64,000 nt of DNA from Octopus vulgaris (GCA_951406725.2 OX597836.1:27528001-27592000), one strand, 5' to 3'; shown: positions 14,289 through 27,368, counted from the first letter of the stretch. The notes: a model not told the origin generated them from the letters alone. Numbers and translations are program-made.

Positions 14289-15295
14289 ATATCTTTCTTT
14301 CTTTCTTTCTTTCACGCGCGTGCACACACATTCCTCTCTCTCTCTCTTTCTCGCTTTCTCTCTTTCTCTCACTTTATACGTGTGTGTGTATGTGTATTTA
14401 TATATATATATGCATGCTAAAACAAACATACAAGCTCATACATTTACACACACACTCACACACACACACACATACACACACGCACACACACACACGCACA
14501 CATACACACATTCATTATGTATATTTCTTCCTTCTCTCGCCACTGGCCCTCTTCTCTCTCTCCTCTTTCTCCCTCCTTCCTCCCCAAAACTCCCCTATTC
14601 TTTTCTTTCTCTCCTTCTCTCTGCCTCTTACCCCCATTCTTTCATTCTTTCCCCCCTTTTGTGTCTCTTTCACTTTTCATTGTCCCGCCTCTTTCTTTTT
14701 TTCTGTATCTATCTCTCTATCTCTCTTTCTTCCTTTCTACCTCTTTCTATCTCTCTGTCTACTTCTCCCTTTCTTATTCTCCTTGTTCTTCCTTTCACCT
14801 TACCCTCTTTTTTCCCTTCCTTCCTTTTTTCCTTCTTCCCTTCTTTCTTTTCTTCCTTCTTTCTTTTTTCATAATTCCTTTTACTTTGTTCCCCCCTCTC
14901 ACTCTCTATCTTCTCCCCTTTTAAATACTTTTACTTGAATTTCCTTCTTTACTCCAACTTCTCCTCATTCTCAGACGAGGTTAGGATAGCAGTCTATAGC
15001 TGAAGAATTGGACAACGTTTAGAATGAAGGATCGAGGCAACGAAATACAAAGCGATGAGAAGAAAACCGATGATCGTTTCGGACAAGTCAAGGTTTCCGA
15101 GGTGTTTTGTAAGCACGTAGTTTCGAGGAACAGAGGCCATTATAGTAGCCATTATAGTTTCTCCACAGAAAGGAGAAACAGGGCACCTGTGAGCATTTCA
15201 TTGTAGTCTTACAGTGAGCAAGTGATTGAAGAACACTTTTCGTTTTGAAACCAAACATGGTGGTTTTTCTCCTAGCGCCAACTTGAATGACTGGT

Positions 15296-15768
15296 TGAAT
15301 GACCAAATCCAAGTTTCTCTACTAGTTCCTCGACAGTTATGATGAGATTATGTTCCACCAAGGTTTGCAGGACGTCCTCGTCGAGTTCTACAGATCTTCA
15401 AGGACGAGGCTCGTCTTCTAGGCTGTAGTTTCCGGCTCGGAATTTCTGGAACCACTTTGACATTGGTTTATGCTTATTGTCCGATCCATATATACTGCGT
15501 TAATATTCCTCGCACTTTCCTTTGCGTTGTTGTCTTTATTGAACTCATAAAGCAAAATATGCCGAATATCTTCCTTTGTCACTTCCATTATCGCTTTGAA
15601 AAAATAACAGTTGAAATCGAACTGCACTCTTCAAAAATTGCGCTAAGAAGTATATGGTAAAAGTACTACCTGTTTTTATCGCAAGTTGATGCAGGTAGTT
15701 TATCTCGCCCCATTCCGACTTTTAGTTCATGCAACTAAAAAAACTGCATTATTTATGGGATGACCCAA
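15296..15768 (-). mobile_element. mariner transposon 5' fragment (pseudogene)
   Basis: TA then TIR TTGGGTCATCCCATAAATAATG on minus strand; MEVTKEDIRHILLYEFNK...SLEDEPRP*RSVELDEDVLQTLVEHN HTH region with stop and frameshift. Confidence 0.85.
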
Positions 15769-15779
15769 TACATATGTTG

Positions 15780-15978
15780 AACCGTTAATTCCTACACATT
15801 ATTTTCTCTCTCCCTTTTTTTTCGTTCTCTCTCCTTTTTCTTTCCTCTCAATCTTTTCATTTGAAGAGCGTAGGTTTGAAACGTCAAAGACTTTTCCATT
15901 CTTCCCGAGCGTTAAACTAATACACCTGCCTGGTGTTCCTTCACTTGTCTTCGTCTTTCGTTTTCTGTAAATTTGAAC
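15780..15978 (+). mobile_element. Diverged relative of the 6672-7115 hammerhead-like element
   Basis: TTGAAGAGCGTAGGTTTGAAACGTCAAAGACTTTT...GAGCGTTAAACTAATACA...TGTCTTCGTCTTT. Confidence 0.7.
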
Positions 15979-15980
15979 TA

Positions 15981-17649
15981 TCAGGTCATCCCATAAGTTC
16001 TGTCCGGTTTTACTTTTTTTTAAATTTAATGAAATTTAATAGTATTTTACAATGTCTAATGGAATTTAAAATTATTTTTATGCATTTGTGTACATTTAAA
16101 CTAATTAAATATTATTTTACAGAATAATAGTATTAAAATTTCTTTGATTAAAACCCTTTCTAACATGGAAGTATTCAAAGAGCATTTGAGGCACAATGCT
16201 TTATGAGTACAAAAGAGGAAACTCTGCAGCCGAAGCGACTCGAAATATACACTCAGTTTATGGGAAAGAATGCTTGAATGAAAGAACTTGCGGAGATGGT
16301 TTGCAAAATTCAGAAGTGGATATTTCAGCCTTGAAGATGAAGATCGAACAGGACGTCCAGTTGAGTTTGATGATAAGCTTCTTGAGGCATTACTTGAAGA
16401 AAATCCTGCATTATCAGTTGAAGAATTGGCAATAAAGCTTAGTTCAAACCACACAACTGTTCATCGTCATCCTCAACATCTTGGAAAGGTTCCTAAACTT
16501 GGAAAATAGGTGCCTCATGAATTGTCTAAAAGCAACCACAAATCCTGAGTTGACATCTGATCTCTCCATTCTCGCGAATTCATTTCACCCTTTTTGGATA
16601 AACTTGTGACTGGTGATGAAAAATGGATCTTCTATCGAAATGTTAAACGTCGTAAACAGTGGATTGGTAAAAGGGAAAAAGCTCAACTGCAACCGAAAAG
16701 GGAAATTCATGGGGAAAATGTTCTTCTCTCTATCTGGTGGGATTGCAAAGGAGCAATTCACTTTGAATTGTTACCACCTAATACAACAATCAATGCTCAA
16801 GTCTACTGTCAGCAATTAGAGCGTTTGAACCAAGCTTTGAAGAAAAAAAGACCCGCTTTAGTGAATCGAAATGTAGTGATGTTTCATCAGGACAATGTAT
16901 GACCCCACACTGCAAAGATCACATCACAGAAGATCGAAGAGCTTGGTTGGGAAAAAAATCCTCATCCACCTTATTCTCCCGGCCTTGTTCCTTCAGATTA
17001 CCATTTGTTTTGTAGTTTACATGTCCGACACTCGCATCCCAAAACAGCTCTTCTACGGTGAACTCAGCCAGGGCAAACGCAAAGTCGGAGGGCAGAAGAA
17101 GCGTTTCAAGGACAGTCTCAAAGTCTCTCTCGAAGACTTCTCCATCGGCACAGAGACTTAGGAGACACTTGCTGCCGACCGCTCATCCTGGCGCAGCGCA
17201 ATCACCACAGAAGCAAAGACATCCGAGGAGAGACGGATTCAGTCTGCAAAACAGAAACGCCAGATGCGGAAAGCCAGAGCCACCTGCACCAATAGCACAA
17301 CCCCTACCCACTTCTGCCCCGCCTGTGGGAGGGGCTTTCTTGCCCGGATTGGCCTCACCGGCCACCTCCAGTCTCATAGCAGCAATTCCACCAAATGATG
17401 CCAATGGTCATCTTCGAACTCGAAGGACGAACATTATTATTATTAGTTTACAGAATCATTTGGGGGACATAACTTTCGCAAGCCAGGAGGAGGTTGAAAC
17501 TGACATTTCAGAGTTCTTCGCTTTGAAACCAAAAGAGTTTTACGTTGATGTGACTAAAAAGCTTGTAAATAGATGGAAGGAAGTCATAGATAATGAAGGA
17601 AACTACATTTGATCACTTATTTTCTTTATTCAGAACTTATAGGATGACC

Positions 17650-17652
<3 letters not shown>
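15981..17652 (+). mobile_element. Full-length decayed mariner (DD34D-type) transposon interrupted by an RTE LINE
   Basis: Imperfect TIRs TCAGGTCATCCCATAAGTTCTG / CAGAACTTATAGGATGACCATA flanked by TA; ATG at 16165; motifs K*VPHEL, VTGDEKW, HQDN, HPPYSPGLVPSDYHLF, RWKEVIDNEGNYI; several stops and frameshifts. Confidence 0.95.
17022..17443 (+). mobile_element. 5'-truncated RTE-clade LINE
   Basis: RIPKQLFYGELSQGKRKVGGQKKRFKDSLK...DRSSWR...CPACGRGFLARIGLTGHLQSH; (ATT)n tail; TSD TAGTTTACA at 17013-17021 and 17444-17452. Confidence 0.93.
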
Positions 17653-17719
<67 letters not shown>

Positions 17720-18338
17720 GTGTGTATGTGTGTGTGTGTGTATTCTTCATTACACCTAGTTTATTCCCTTTTTCTTCTTTCCTTATGTTTAATTTTCTGA
17801 AGAGGAGCATAAGCTCAAAACGTAAAGGACAATTCTATCTCATTTTCCCCCTTCAACAAGTGTTAATAGAAATAATTACACTTTATTTTCACCTTGTTAT
17901 TTTACTCGTTATTTATGCCCTACTCGATACATAATCCATACGTACATCCATACATGTGTGTATGTGTGTGTTTGTGCGTGTGTGTGTGTGTGTACGTGTG
18001 TACTCAAACACATGATATCAGACCTTTTCAAGAGCACCAATCTATAATACACGCAGTCACACGCACACACAAACACGTTCTATTAAATATTGTCTATAAT
18101 GGCCCGTAATATAGATTGCATTGTTTTTTCCCATTATATTTAAATGTATAAGTGCAAATGGCTCTATTGTCTACAAGATGCTTCCATCGTGTCTACAATA
18201 TTGAGCACTCCATAGAAATGAAGAATCTAGGCAATTGAATACTCAACAAGTTTCGGTGTATTGATTTCTTCATTAGAAACAATGACCATATATATTTATA
18301 CACCCCCACATATATATGCATGTATGTATGTATGTATG

Positions 18339-18402
<64 letters not shown>

Positions 18403-18522
18403 TATGTATATATTATATATATATATATATATATGTATGTTTATATATATACATATATGCACACACACATATAATATATATATAGATAATATATATTATA
18501 TATATATATATACATACAGCTA

Positions 18523-18576
<54 letters not shown>

Positions 18577-18836
18577 TATATATAAGTGTGTGTGTGTATA
18601 CTAGGTGTTTTGTTTGCGGTCAAATTAATATAGATGGCGTTGTTTTGTAATATATTTAAGTGTATAGAGCCGCTGCTGCTGCCAACATATTTAAACAGTA
18701 AATAGCTTTATTGAACCATTTATTTAGTGGATAGGCGAAGCATTGATTGTGTTATTGAATATATTTACCCACACACTCACTCACACACACACACACACAC
18801 ACACACATCGTTACAATAGAACATATATAAACGTTC

Positions 18837-18921
<85 letters not shown>

Positions 18922-19030
18922 CGTACGTACGTACGTATGTATGTACTGCTCGCCCGGATATATGCCTTGGAGGTAATATGAAACAAAAAGTTTATGCCGA
19001 GCGTGGATTACAGCAGCAGCAGCTACAACA

Positions 19031-19433
19031 TCATCATCATCATTGTTCGACCGTGGTCGAGACAATGGAATTTACCATGCTACGCCAGACTTCACGGTCC
19101 ATCATGGCATTACGGAGGTCCTGTTGCTGGATGCCTGTATCCCTGGAGATTACATCAGGGTAGGAGAGTGTGCGCCCTCTGGTATTGCGAGTAGATGGCT
19201 TCCAGAGGAGAAGAGTAGAAATTACTTCTTTTTCAGCTCTACAACAAACTGGACTCTCCTACCTTTCACAAGAGATGACACAGGTGGTAGTTTCCCATAT
19301 ATTTGCATTTTGGTTGGATGGCGCTTCCACGAGAGATTTTGAGCTCTCATAAGGAGGCGAGTGTAGGTTCCATCCAACCGCCTCTCAAGCTTCTTTGATA
19401 ACGTCCAGGTTTCTGAGCCATATAGTAGAATTG
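19031..19433 (-). mobile_element. 5'-truncated RTE-clade LINE (second family)
   Basis: LLYGSETWTLSKKLERRLDGTYTRLLMRAQNLSWKRHPT...MMDREVWRSMV; (TGA)n tail; 12-bp TSD GCAGCTACAACA at 19019-19030 and 19434-19445. Confidence 0.92.
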
Positions 19434-19874
19434 GCAGCTACAACAACAACAACAACAACCTAATGCCCGTTTATAATATATAAAATTTGAACAGAATGAT
19501 AGTCATGACTGCCACTCATGGAATCCTGAAAAAGCCTGGTGACTCCTAATGTCAAGGAAAATACTCCCTCGCAGCCATAGTCTCCGGTCTACAGGCGGAA
19601 GGTCGGTCCATGGCCTGGCCAACCATACCTGACAATTTACGAACACACATCACTTCCTATTCTCTTTGATCCCTAAATACTATTAGAAAACGAGGTACGT
19701 AACCAAGGAAGAATGTTTCCGCTCAACACTCAACCCCTGCCGTCATGGCCAGTAGACAGAACAAATGTGGCTACCATTCTCTGTCAAATGAAGGCGGTGG
19801 ACTGGTTTTTCACGGTGGACTCGTGTGATAGCTCAATCCACCCCATCTGCGACTACAGCTGTTCTACATGAATC

Positions 19875-20263
19875 TAGACGTCAACATCTCAACGCCAAGC
19901 ACGAAGGTTGCGTCGTCAGAGCTAAAATGCGTGCCTTAAGGAAAGAAGGGATCGAAGCTGCGCGAGAGGCCCGGGTAGCGGAGGCGCAGCGTGGCAACAG
20001 AGCCACCATTCGGTCTCTAATAGATCAACAGGGATGCAGTTTACTCGAACCCGAAAGGATGTGTGAGGCCTTTCAACAGCACTTTGCTCGACTGTTTGGT
20101 GCGAGTGGTGGGTCGGAACGCGGGATGGATTTCAGTGCCTACCTGACCGACCTGCCGCGGCTCTCGGCAGGAGAAGCGAAGTGTTGTGAAAGTCCCATCA
20201 CAGCCGCTGACGTGCGGGATGCGATGGCGGGCTGCGCGAGGGATAAGTCGCCTGGATTGGACG
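19875..20263 (+). mobile_element. L1/Tx1-clade LINE ORF2 fragment (region preceding RT)
   Basis: GC-rich open frame ...MCEAFQQHFARLF...CESPITAADVRDAMAGCARDKSPGLD; KSPGxD is the RT domain-0 motif. Confidence 0.8.
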
Positions 20264-20794
20264 CTGAACTAGTGAGTGCAGAACAACTCTGCTTCCTAGC
20301 ATGCATCGTATGCTGCAAACAGGACCTGTTGATGACGTTGCCGTGCCTGTAGAATTTTATTTCTAACCAATCAAATCCTTTGCCTCACTAGTTCTTCCAA
20401 ACCAAGGAACGTCCGGATATCAACACTCCGTTGGCTGTGAGTTTTTTGCCCCTACCAGAATCTATCAAAGAGTTCTGAGAGAGAAGAACGTGTGTAACGT
20501 TCCGGTGCCTTGCCAAGGCCGCGAGGACTTTCGTTGTCCGATGCTAGGAACGATTGGAGAGACAGCACTCGTAGACACGTCAAATGGAATCTCTTTTATT
20601 GAGAGAGGGAGGTATGTGGTACCGAATGCATGCCCTTCAAAACAGACGACAGAAATGGAGACACAGTGTCCAGGGCAGAAGGTCCCCTACCTTCTACATT
20701 TGTTTCAGTAAAAGCAATTTAAGGGATTAGAAGAAAGAAGAAGAAGAAGAAGAAGAAGAAGAAGAAGAAGAAGAAGAAGAAGAAGAAGAAGAAG

Positions 20795-20827
<33 letters not shown>

Positions 20828-21563
20828 AACAACGACGACGATGACAACAAGGTTGTTGTGCTCTTAAGGTGGCACCGGCACAACTTCGAATTTATCAGAA
20901 GAAATCGCCCTTTTCTTTTTGATAAGAGTTTTGACCACAAACCCTCTCACCCAATCACAACCAGCGGAAAGAATAAGAATCATCCAAAACAACAACAGCT
21001 AGAACTAAACGAATTGAACAGCTGCGGCAGCAATCCACCATCTTGTGAAAATGTGGGAGAGAATGAGACTACAGGGGAGCGACATCCATGTTGGAGGAAA
21101 AGCGATAAATATCAAACAACGGGAAAAAGATATTAAAAGAGAGTGAGGCGAGTGGTTTCCTCACTGAAAGAGGAAGAAGTCTCTGGTAAGGATTGGATCT
21201 CCTATGAAAGAGGGACTGTCTCTGGCGAAGAGGAAGAACATCTCTCTGGAGTGGGAGGGATCTGTTTGCTGAAAATGTGATCATGTCTCACGTGAGGAAG
21301 AACCTGTCAGCTGCCCGACTGAATCAACGAACTTTGTTTTTTTCTTTTTCTTTTTTGTTTTGTTTTGTTTTTCATACAACAAAACATTTCTATTCAAAAA
21401 TTGTCGTTGACACACAGTTACCTCCCCTTTGAATAATCGCCAAAACAAAATAAACCAGCTTCTTTCCAGGACACAAAAAAAAAAAGAAAATGCAAAAAAC
21501 AAGCAAAGTCGATTATTAATGAATTCATAACATACAGATTATAGAAGATGAAAATTAAATGCA

Positions 21564-21603
<40 letters not shown>

Positions 21604-21890
21604 GACATTTTAGAAAAACAAACTTAGCATAACAGACATATTTGACAGCAGTAAAAACAACATGAAAAGCGACGACGACAACGATAACAACAACAACGGC
21701 CATGACGATCCGGACAGCACACGCATATACTCTTTTACTTGTTTCAGTCATTTGACTGCGGCCATGCTGGAGCACAGCCTTTAGTCGAGCAAATCACCTT
21801 GGGCAAGTGTCTTCTACTATAGCCTTGGGCCGACCAAAGCCTTGTGAGTGGATTTGGTAGACGGAAACTGAAAGAAGCCCGTCGTGTGTA

Positions 21891-22300
21891 TACTCTTTTA
21901 CTTGTTTCAGTTATTTGACTGCGGCCATGCTGGAGCACCGCCTTTAGTCGGGCAAATCAACCCCGGGACTTATTCTTTGTAAGCCCAGTACTTATTCTAT
22001 CGGTCTCTTTTTGCCGAACCGCTAAGTGACGGGGACGTAAACACACCAGCATCGGTTGTCAAGCAATGCTAGGGGGACAAACACAGACACACAAACATAT
22101 ACACACACATACACACATATATATATATACATATATACGACAGGCTTCTTTCAGTTTCCGTCTACCAAATCCACTCACAAGGCATTGGTCGGCCCGTGGC
22201 TATAGCAGAAGACACTTGCCCAAGATGCCACGCAGTGGGACTGAACCCGGAACCATGTAGTTGGTTAGCAAGCTACTTACCACACAGCCACTCCTGCGCC
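21891..22300 (-). mobile_element. SINE family A, full length
   Basis: From head GGCGCAGGAGTGGCTGTGTGG to tail GTAAAAGAGTA. Confidence 0.95.
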
Positions 22301-22379
22301 TATCAAAATGAAAACGAAGCGAATAATAGCCACACTTCATTATTTGCAAGCGTCGTTCTAAGAAGAAATCCTTTGACAG

Positions 22380-22990
22380 GAACCATCTCACAGAAAGGAC
22401 AGACTCGTGGGAGCATTTCGTTTTGCTATATCTGGGCATGTTGAATATATCTCAAACTGGTGGCATCTATCAGTGGCAATGCCAAACCAAGGACTTCTGG
22501 AAGTTATCCAAACCAATTCCTGATCCGAAAATTCTCCAGGATATTCTCGCCAGTTCGTTTCCGTCGATGCCCTGAGCTTTTCCGAGAACGTTGTCACTCT
22601 TTCTCAGCTCTAAACTTGCATAATTTGCTGGAGTAGAGCTTCTACCAATCGCTTTGCCAAACTAGTTGCGAGCAGTGAACACCTGATATTCTACACGCCA
22701 GACACTCGCTCAATATCTGTCTTTCCTTGACTCAAGACCAGCTCAGGTACGGAGATGAGCGGCGAAAAGATGTGCCTTACGAACTGTATCAAGGAATCTC
22801 TGCAGGGAATTCAGTAGCCACGCTATCTTCGCATCAATAGTCACGCTATGTGTAGTCCATTGTACTTGTAGCAGATTGATCGCCTGACCACAGTGCAACG
22901 CATTTCTTCCACAAGAAGCCAAAGAACAACTGCCATCTGGTCAGACGGTAAATAAAGCAAAGTACAACGGTCAGGTTGTGAGCAATAATA
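22380..22990 (-). mobile_element. Highly decayed L1/Tx1-like ORF2 C-terminus
   Basis: VVRRSICY...LLMRR...FVRHIFS..LISVPEL, and a TCPR-like zinc-knuckle remnant near 22430. Confidence 0.45.
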
Positions 22991-23356
22991 GATGCGATTT
23001 AGGTTCGATATTTCTGCTCGAATTTTCAAGGATTGCTTTTCGTTGGCCCGCTTCTGAGTAAGATTAGTTATTCTTCTCCTTATCTCGACTGAGTTTTGGA
23101 GCAATTGGAGGGCGGGACCGAACCAGGTCCTGTGGAGTCTGACTGTTCTGTTGGTCCAACGCAATACGACGCTGTCCGCCTGTAATACCTTCCTCGCCAA
23201 GTACTGAGCTGTAAGGCTACCATCTTGTTTGAATTGACTTTCGCCCCTCGTATTTCTTTCCAATGAGGCCTGCAGCCTCCACTTCGGGATTTGAGACACA
23301 ATGATGGGGATGTCGTCTGTATACGCCGATAGGACCCTTCAGGGTCTCAGTTCAAC

Positions 23357-23478
23357 CGTTTATCAACTCCGAAAGGGTGAAAGGCAAAGTCGACCTCAAT
23401 GGAATATGAACTCAGAACGTAAAGACGGACGAAATGTATCTAAGCATTTTGTACGGCATACTAACGATTCTGCCATCT
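23357..23478 (-). mobile_element. SINE family B fragment
   Basis: GAAAGGGTGAAAGGCAAAGTCGACCTC...CTAACGATTCTGCCA. Confidence 0.8.
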
Positions 23479-24384
23479 TGACACCTTTTACACCTGAACT
23501 ATCGACACATTGACTGTAAGGCTACCATCTGGTTTGAATTGACTTTCGTCCTTCGTATTTCTTTTCAATGGGGTCTGCAGCCTCCGCTTCGGGGTTTGAG
23601 ACATATATAGGACACATGACATATACAGTACCCCATCCTTAACATAGAGTATATATATATATATATAGCACTTCATTCTGTACAGGTTGTGTTTAGTTTT
23701 CAATGTCGTATAATGTCAGTTAGTCTTTACACATAACTTATACAACCATCTGCCATATACACGCACATACATGCACACAAGCACACACCCATATGCATAC
23801 AAAAATATACATACACACACACAGCAACTATTCACTACTTTAAATACACATAATTCACACACACAAACACACACACTCACACACACACTCACACACACAC
23901 ATAAACACACACCCACGAGGAAATTTGAATATTGCGAATAACTGTTGACATTCATATCTGTTGGGTTATAATAAGAATACAAGGAATATTAAACTGGTTC
24001 ACATATGGAAGGAGGGCTAATGAATGCAACCGACGACGGAGAAAAAGATCGAGCAGGTGAATGAAAGAGAAAGAGAAAATGTGGGAAAGTGATAGATTGA
24101 TAGACAGACAGACAGGGAGAGAGAGTGGCAGTGGCGGAGGTGGCGGAGGTGGCGGAGGTGACAATCCCTTTGTTTCAAGCAGAACTATTAACTGTGGCAA
24201 GTACTTCCATCAGCTGTAACTGTGTAACTCAATCTTATTGAAGCGCCTAATTATGTCACCAACATCGCAGAGTGAGTCACCCGAACAGTTCACCGTCTTA
24301 ACTTACCTTCTGTTGAGGTTGCTGTCTTACCCACTGAAGTGTTCATGATGTAGGCTGAGACTTCAGAAGCAACTCATCACTGCG

Positions 24385-24620
24385 TGGTATTTCGGTGGTT
24401 GGCGGTGTAGGACGTCACGGGAAAGAATCGCAAGACGGGTTCCTCAAACTGAGCCACCTGGCAGGAGACCTAGGGTTAGACCAGGAACGAGATGGTTGGA
24501 TGATATCCATAGTCTCAGACGGTCACACAGGGGAATCCAACCGGAGGTTCTAACAGCGGTTGCTTCTGATAGGACCCTATGAAAGAGGTGCCTGAGGACT
24601 CTATCTCACCACGACCAGAA
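24385..24620 (+). mobile_element. RTE/RTEX-like LINE 3' fragment
   Basis: ERIARRV..EPPGRRPRVRPGTRWLDDI...VASDRTL*KR. Confidence 0.7.
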
Positions 24621-24689
24621 ATACTGAGCGGAGAAGAGGGATGGGTTGATTTATTGAAGGGGAAGTTGAGGCTGTGGATACGGCCCTCT

Positions 24690-24900
24690 GAGACTGGTGA
24701 GAGCGACATGCTTAATGCCCTTGATTAATAGTTCTTCGTGGAGTGCTGAATAGAAAAGATAGGAAGGAACAGAATTCCAGAGGGGGTGGGGAAATGTTCT
24801 GAGAAGGAAGTAGAAGCTGTTGTGGTTAGTTTGGGTCCTGCTGTAATGGGGACAATATAGATGAGAACAGAGGCAGAGATGAGTGAGAGGAGAGATCCTG
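24690..24900 (-). mobile_element. CR1/L2-group LINE 3' fragment
   Basis: SRTQTNHNSFYFLLRT...LWNSVPSYLF, resembling the SFFxRTxxLWNSLP motif. Confidence 0.5.
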
Positions 24901-25044
24901 AGAGGAAGTATCATGGGATTTAATAGTATATATGCTATATATGCTATAGTAGCATTAGTGAAGGAAGTGAGAGGACACAGCAAAACTGTGGGCGAGAAGT
25001 TGTCATTTGTTGGGGACTAGCTTTCATTCTACTCAGCGGGATGG

Positions 25045-25725
25045 CATTTTTGTTTCCTCATAACTGTCAGGAAAGAGAATACTTTTTAATGAAATCTTCT
25101 ACAAATACCTTTTAGATGGTGCAGATTCTGATAATTGAGGAATTCGTTGTGAGAAAAGTTTCCATGGAGAAGTAGATTCGGAAAATTCACTTAAGTCGAC
25201 TTTGTCTCCTCATAATTTTCTGCAAAAATGGGTATTTAGTAATGAAATTTTCTGCTAATACCTTTCAGATGATGTAAATTACGATGATATCAGAATTTAA
25301 CGCAAAACAAGAAAATGGCCAGCGCACACACATACATAATGACACACATCACATAATATTTTCAAAATTTCAAGTTTCATTTTGAAGATAAATATCTGAT
25401 ATACGTCAGTATGTATGTATGCACGCCCACCAATTTATTTTTTTTACATATTAAATTCCTCTATAGTCGTAATCTAGACTATCTGAAAGGTAGTATTTGT
25501 CGAAAATTTCATTGAAAATTACCCATTTTCTGAAAGTTATGAGGAGATAAAGTTAACTCGAATGAATTATCAGAAACTCCTCTCCTGTCTTATTCTGAAT
25601 AAATTCTCACTGAAAATTCCGATATACCCGTAATTTACACCATTTGAGAGATATTTGTCGAAAATTTTGTTAAAAACTATCCATTTTTCTAAAAGTTATG
25701 AGGAAACAAAGTCGATGGGACTCAA
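25045..25725. mobile_element. Degenerate fold-back DNA transposon with iterated subterminal repeats
   Basis: Two roughly 150-bp units (TTTGTxTCCTCATAA...AATGAAATxTTCTxCxAATACCTTT) on the left are mirrored by two inverted units on the right. Confidence 0.55.
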
Positions 25726-26253
25726 TTATATAGATATGTCGCCGATGAAGAATGACCGTGTTATTGAGAAAGGAAAACACAAAGAAATTTCAATTTGTAA
25801 TGTATGTCAATAGACAATCGAATAATTTCACAGCACAAAATGTCCAATTAAATTCTTTCTGGATGAGGCAGTTGTTGTTCACAAGAATGTGACAAAGTTC
25901 GTCTTTACAAAGAAACATGTTCAAGAGAGAATTAATAGGAACGAACCTAATGGAAATTCTTGACAATATTTCGAACAACAATTGGGGCGAACATAAAATC
26001 TTTTGTATATATTGCCATTGTGTGTATATATGAAAAAATATAAGACATTTTTTTACACAATGTGTGTGTGTGTGTGTGAGTTTGTGGGAGGTCAGTGTTC
26101 AGTGAAGCTTTTTTTCTGGTTCATAGTGAAAAAGCATTTGTGACGGTTTGTCGGTTTTAAAAGGCCTGTCTCAAACAGAGATTCAACACCACATGGAAGT
26201 ATTCTGATTGATTGAAGGCAGCCAATCGCATAACATTTCTAACTGATCACCGT

Positions 26254-26970
26254 ACATACATACATACATACACATACATACATACATACATACATACATA
26301 CATACATACATACATACATACATACACATACTTACATACATAACATACATACATACATGCACATACATGCATATATACATACACACATACATACATACAA
26401 ACGTACATACATGCATACACACACATATACATACATACATACATAAATACACATACATGCATATATACATACACACATACATACATACAAACGTACATAC
26501 ATGCATACACACACATATACATACATACATACATAAATACACATACATGCATATATACATACACACATACATACATACATACATACATACATACACATAC
26601 TTACATACATAACATACATACATACATGCACATACATGCATATATACATACACACATATATACATACAAACGTACATACATGCATACACACACATATACA
26701 TACATACATACATAAATACACATACATGCATATATACATACACACATACATACAAACATACATACATACATACATACACACACATACATACATACATACA
26801 TACATACACACACATACATACATACATACATACACACATACATACATACATACATACATACATACATACGTACATACACACACATGTATACATACATACA
26901 TACATACATACATACATACATACATACATACATACATACATACTTACATACATACATACATACATACATA
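26254..26970. repeat. (CATA)n array with 84-bp higher-order unit
   Basis: Landmark CAAACGTACATACATGC recurs at about 26398, 26488 and 26667. Confidence 0.8.
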
Positions 26971-27080
26971 CAAAAACACCCTGTTGTTGATGTTGAAATT
27001 CCAATGAAGGAGCCTTGGATCTAGGTTAGAAACCGGCTCTTTCTCTATTGCTAAGAATTCTTTAAATAAAGCTGAAATAA
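26971..27080 (+). mobile_element. Short (CATA)n-associated repeat, family F
   Basis: GTTGATGTTGAAATTCCAATGAAGGAGCCTTGGATCTAGGTTAGAAACC...; also at 59062-59177, 61311-61416 and 62104-62212. Confidence 0.85.
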
Positions 27081-27108
27081 CAGGACATAACAAAAGATGT
27101 CTTTGTAC

Positions 27109-27368
<260 letters not shown>

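Noticed and set aside
17058-17612. 184-aa ORF and a C2H2 zinc finger suggesting a host gene
   Set aside because: The ORF is an off-frame RTE read-through fused to the mariner C-terminus; the finger is the normal RTE C-terminal motif inside a TSD-bounded insert.
18243-18280. Minus-strand CTAATGAAG...CGAAACTTGTT hammerhead-like motif
   Set aside because: G5 mutated and stems I and II do not pair convincingly.
20858-21310. Possible coding exon or LINE fragment
   Set aside because: Interrupted frames and no motif I can confidently assign.
26998-27050. Hammerhead reading of family F (CAATGAAG...GAAACCGG)
   Set aside because: No CUGANGA in any of the four copies and no stem I.
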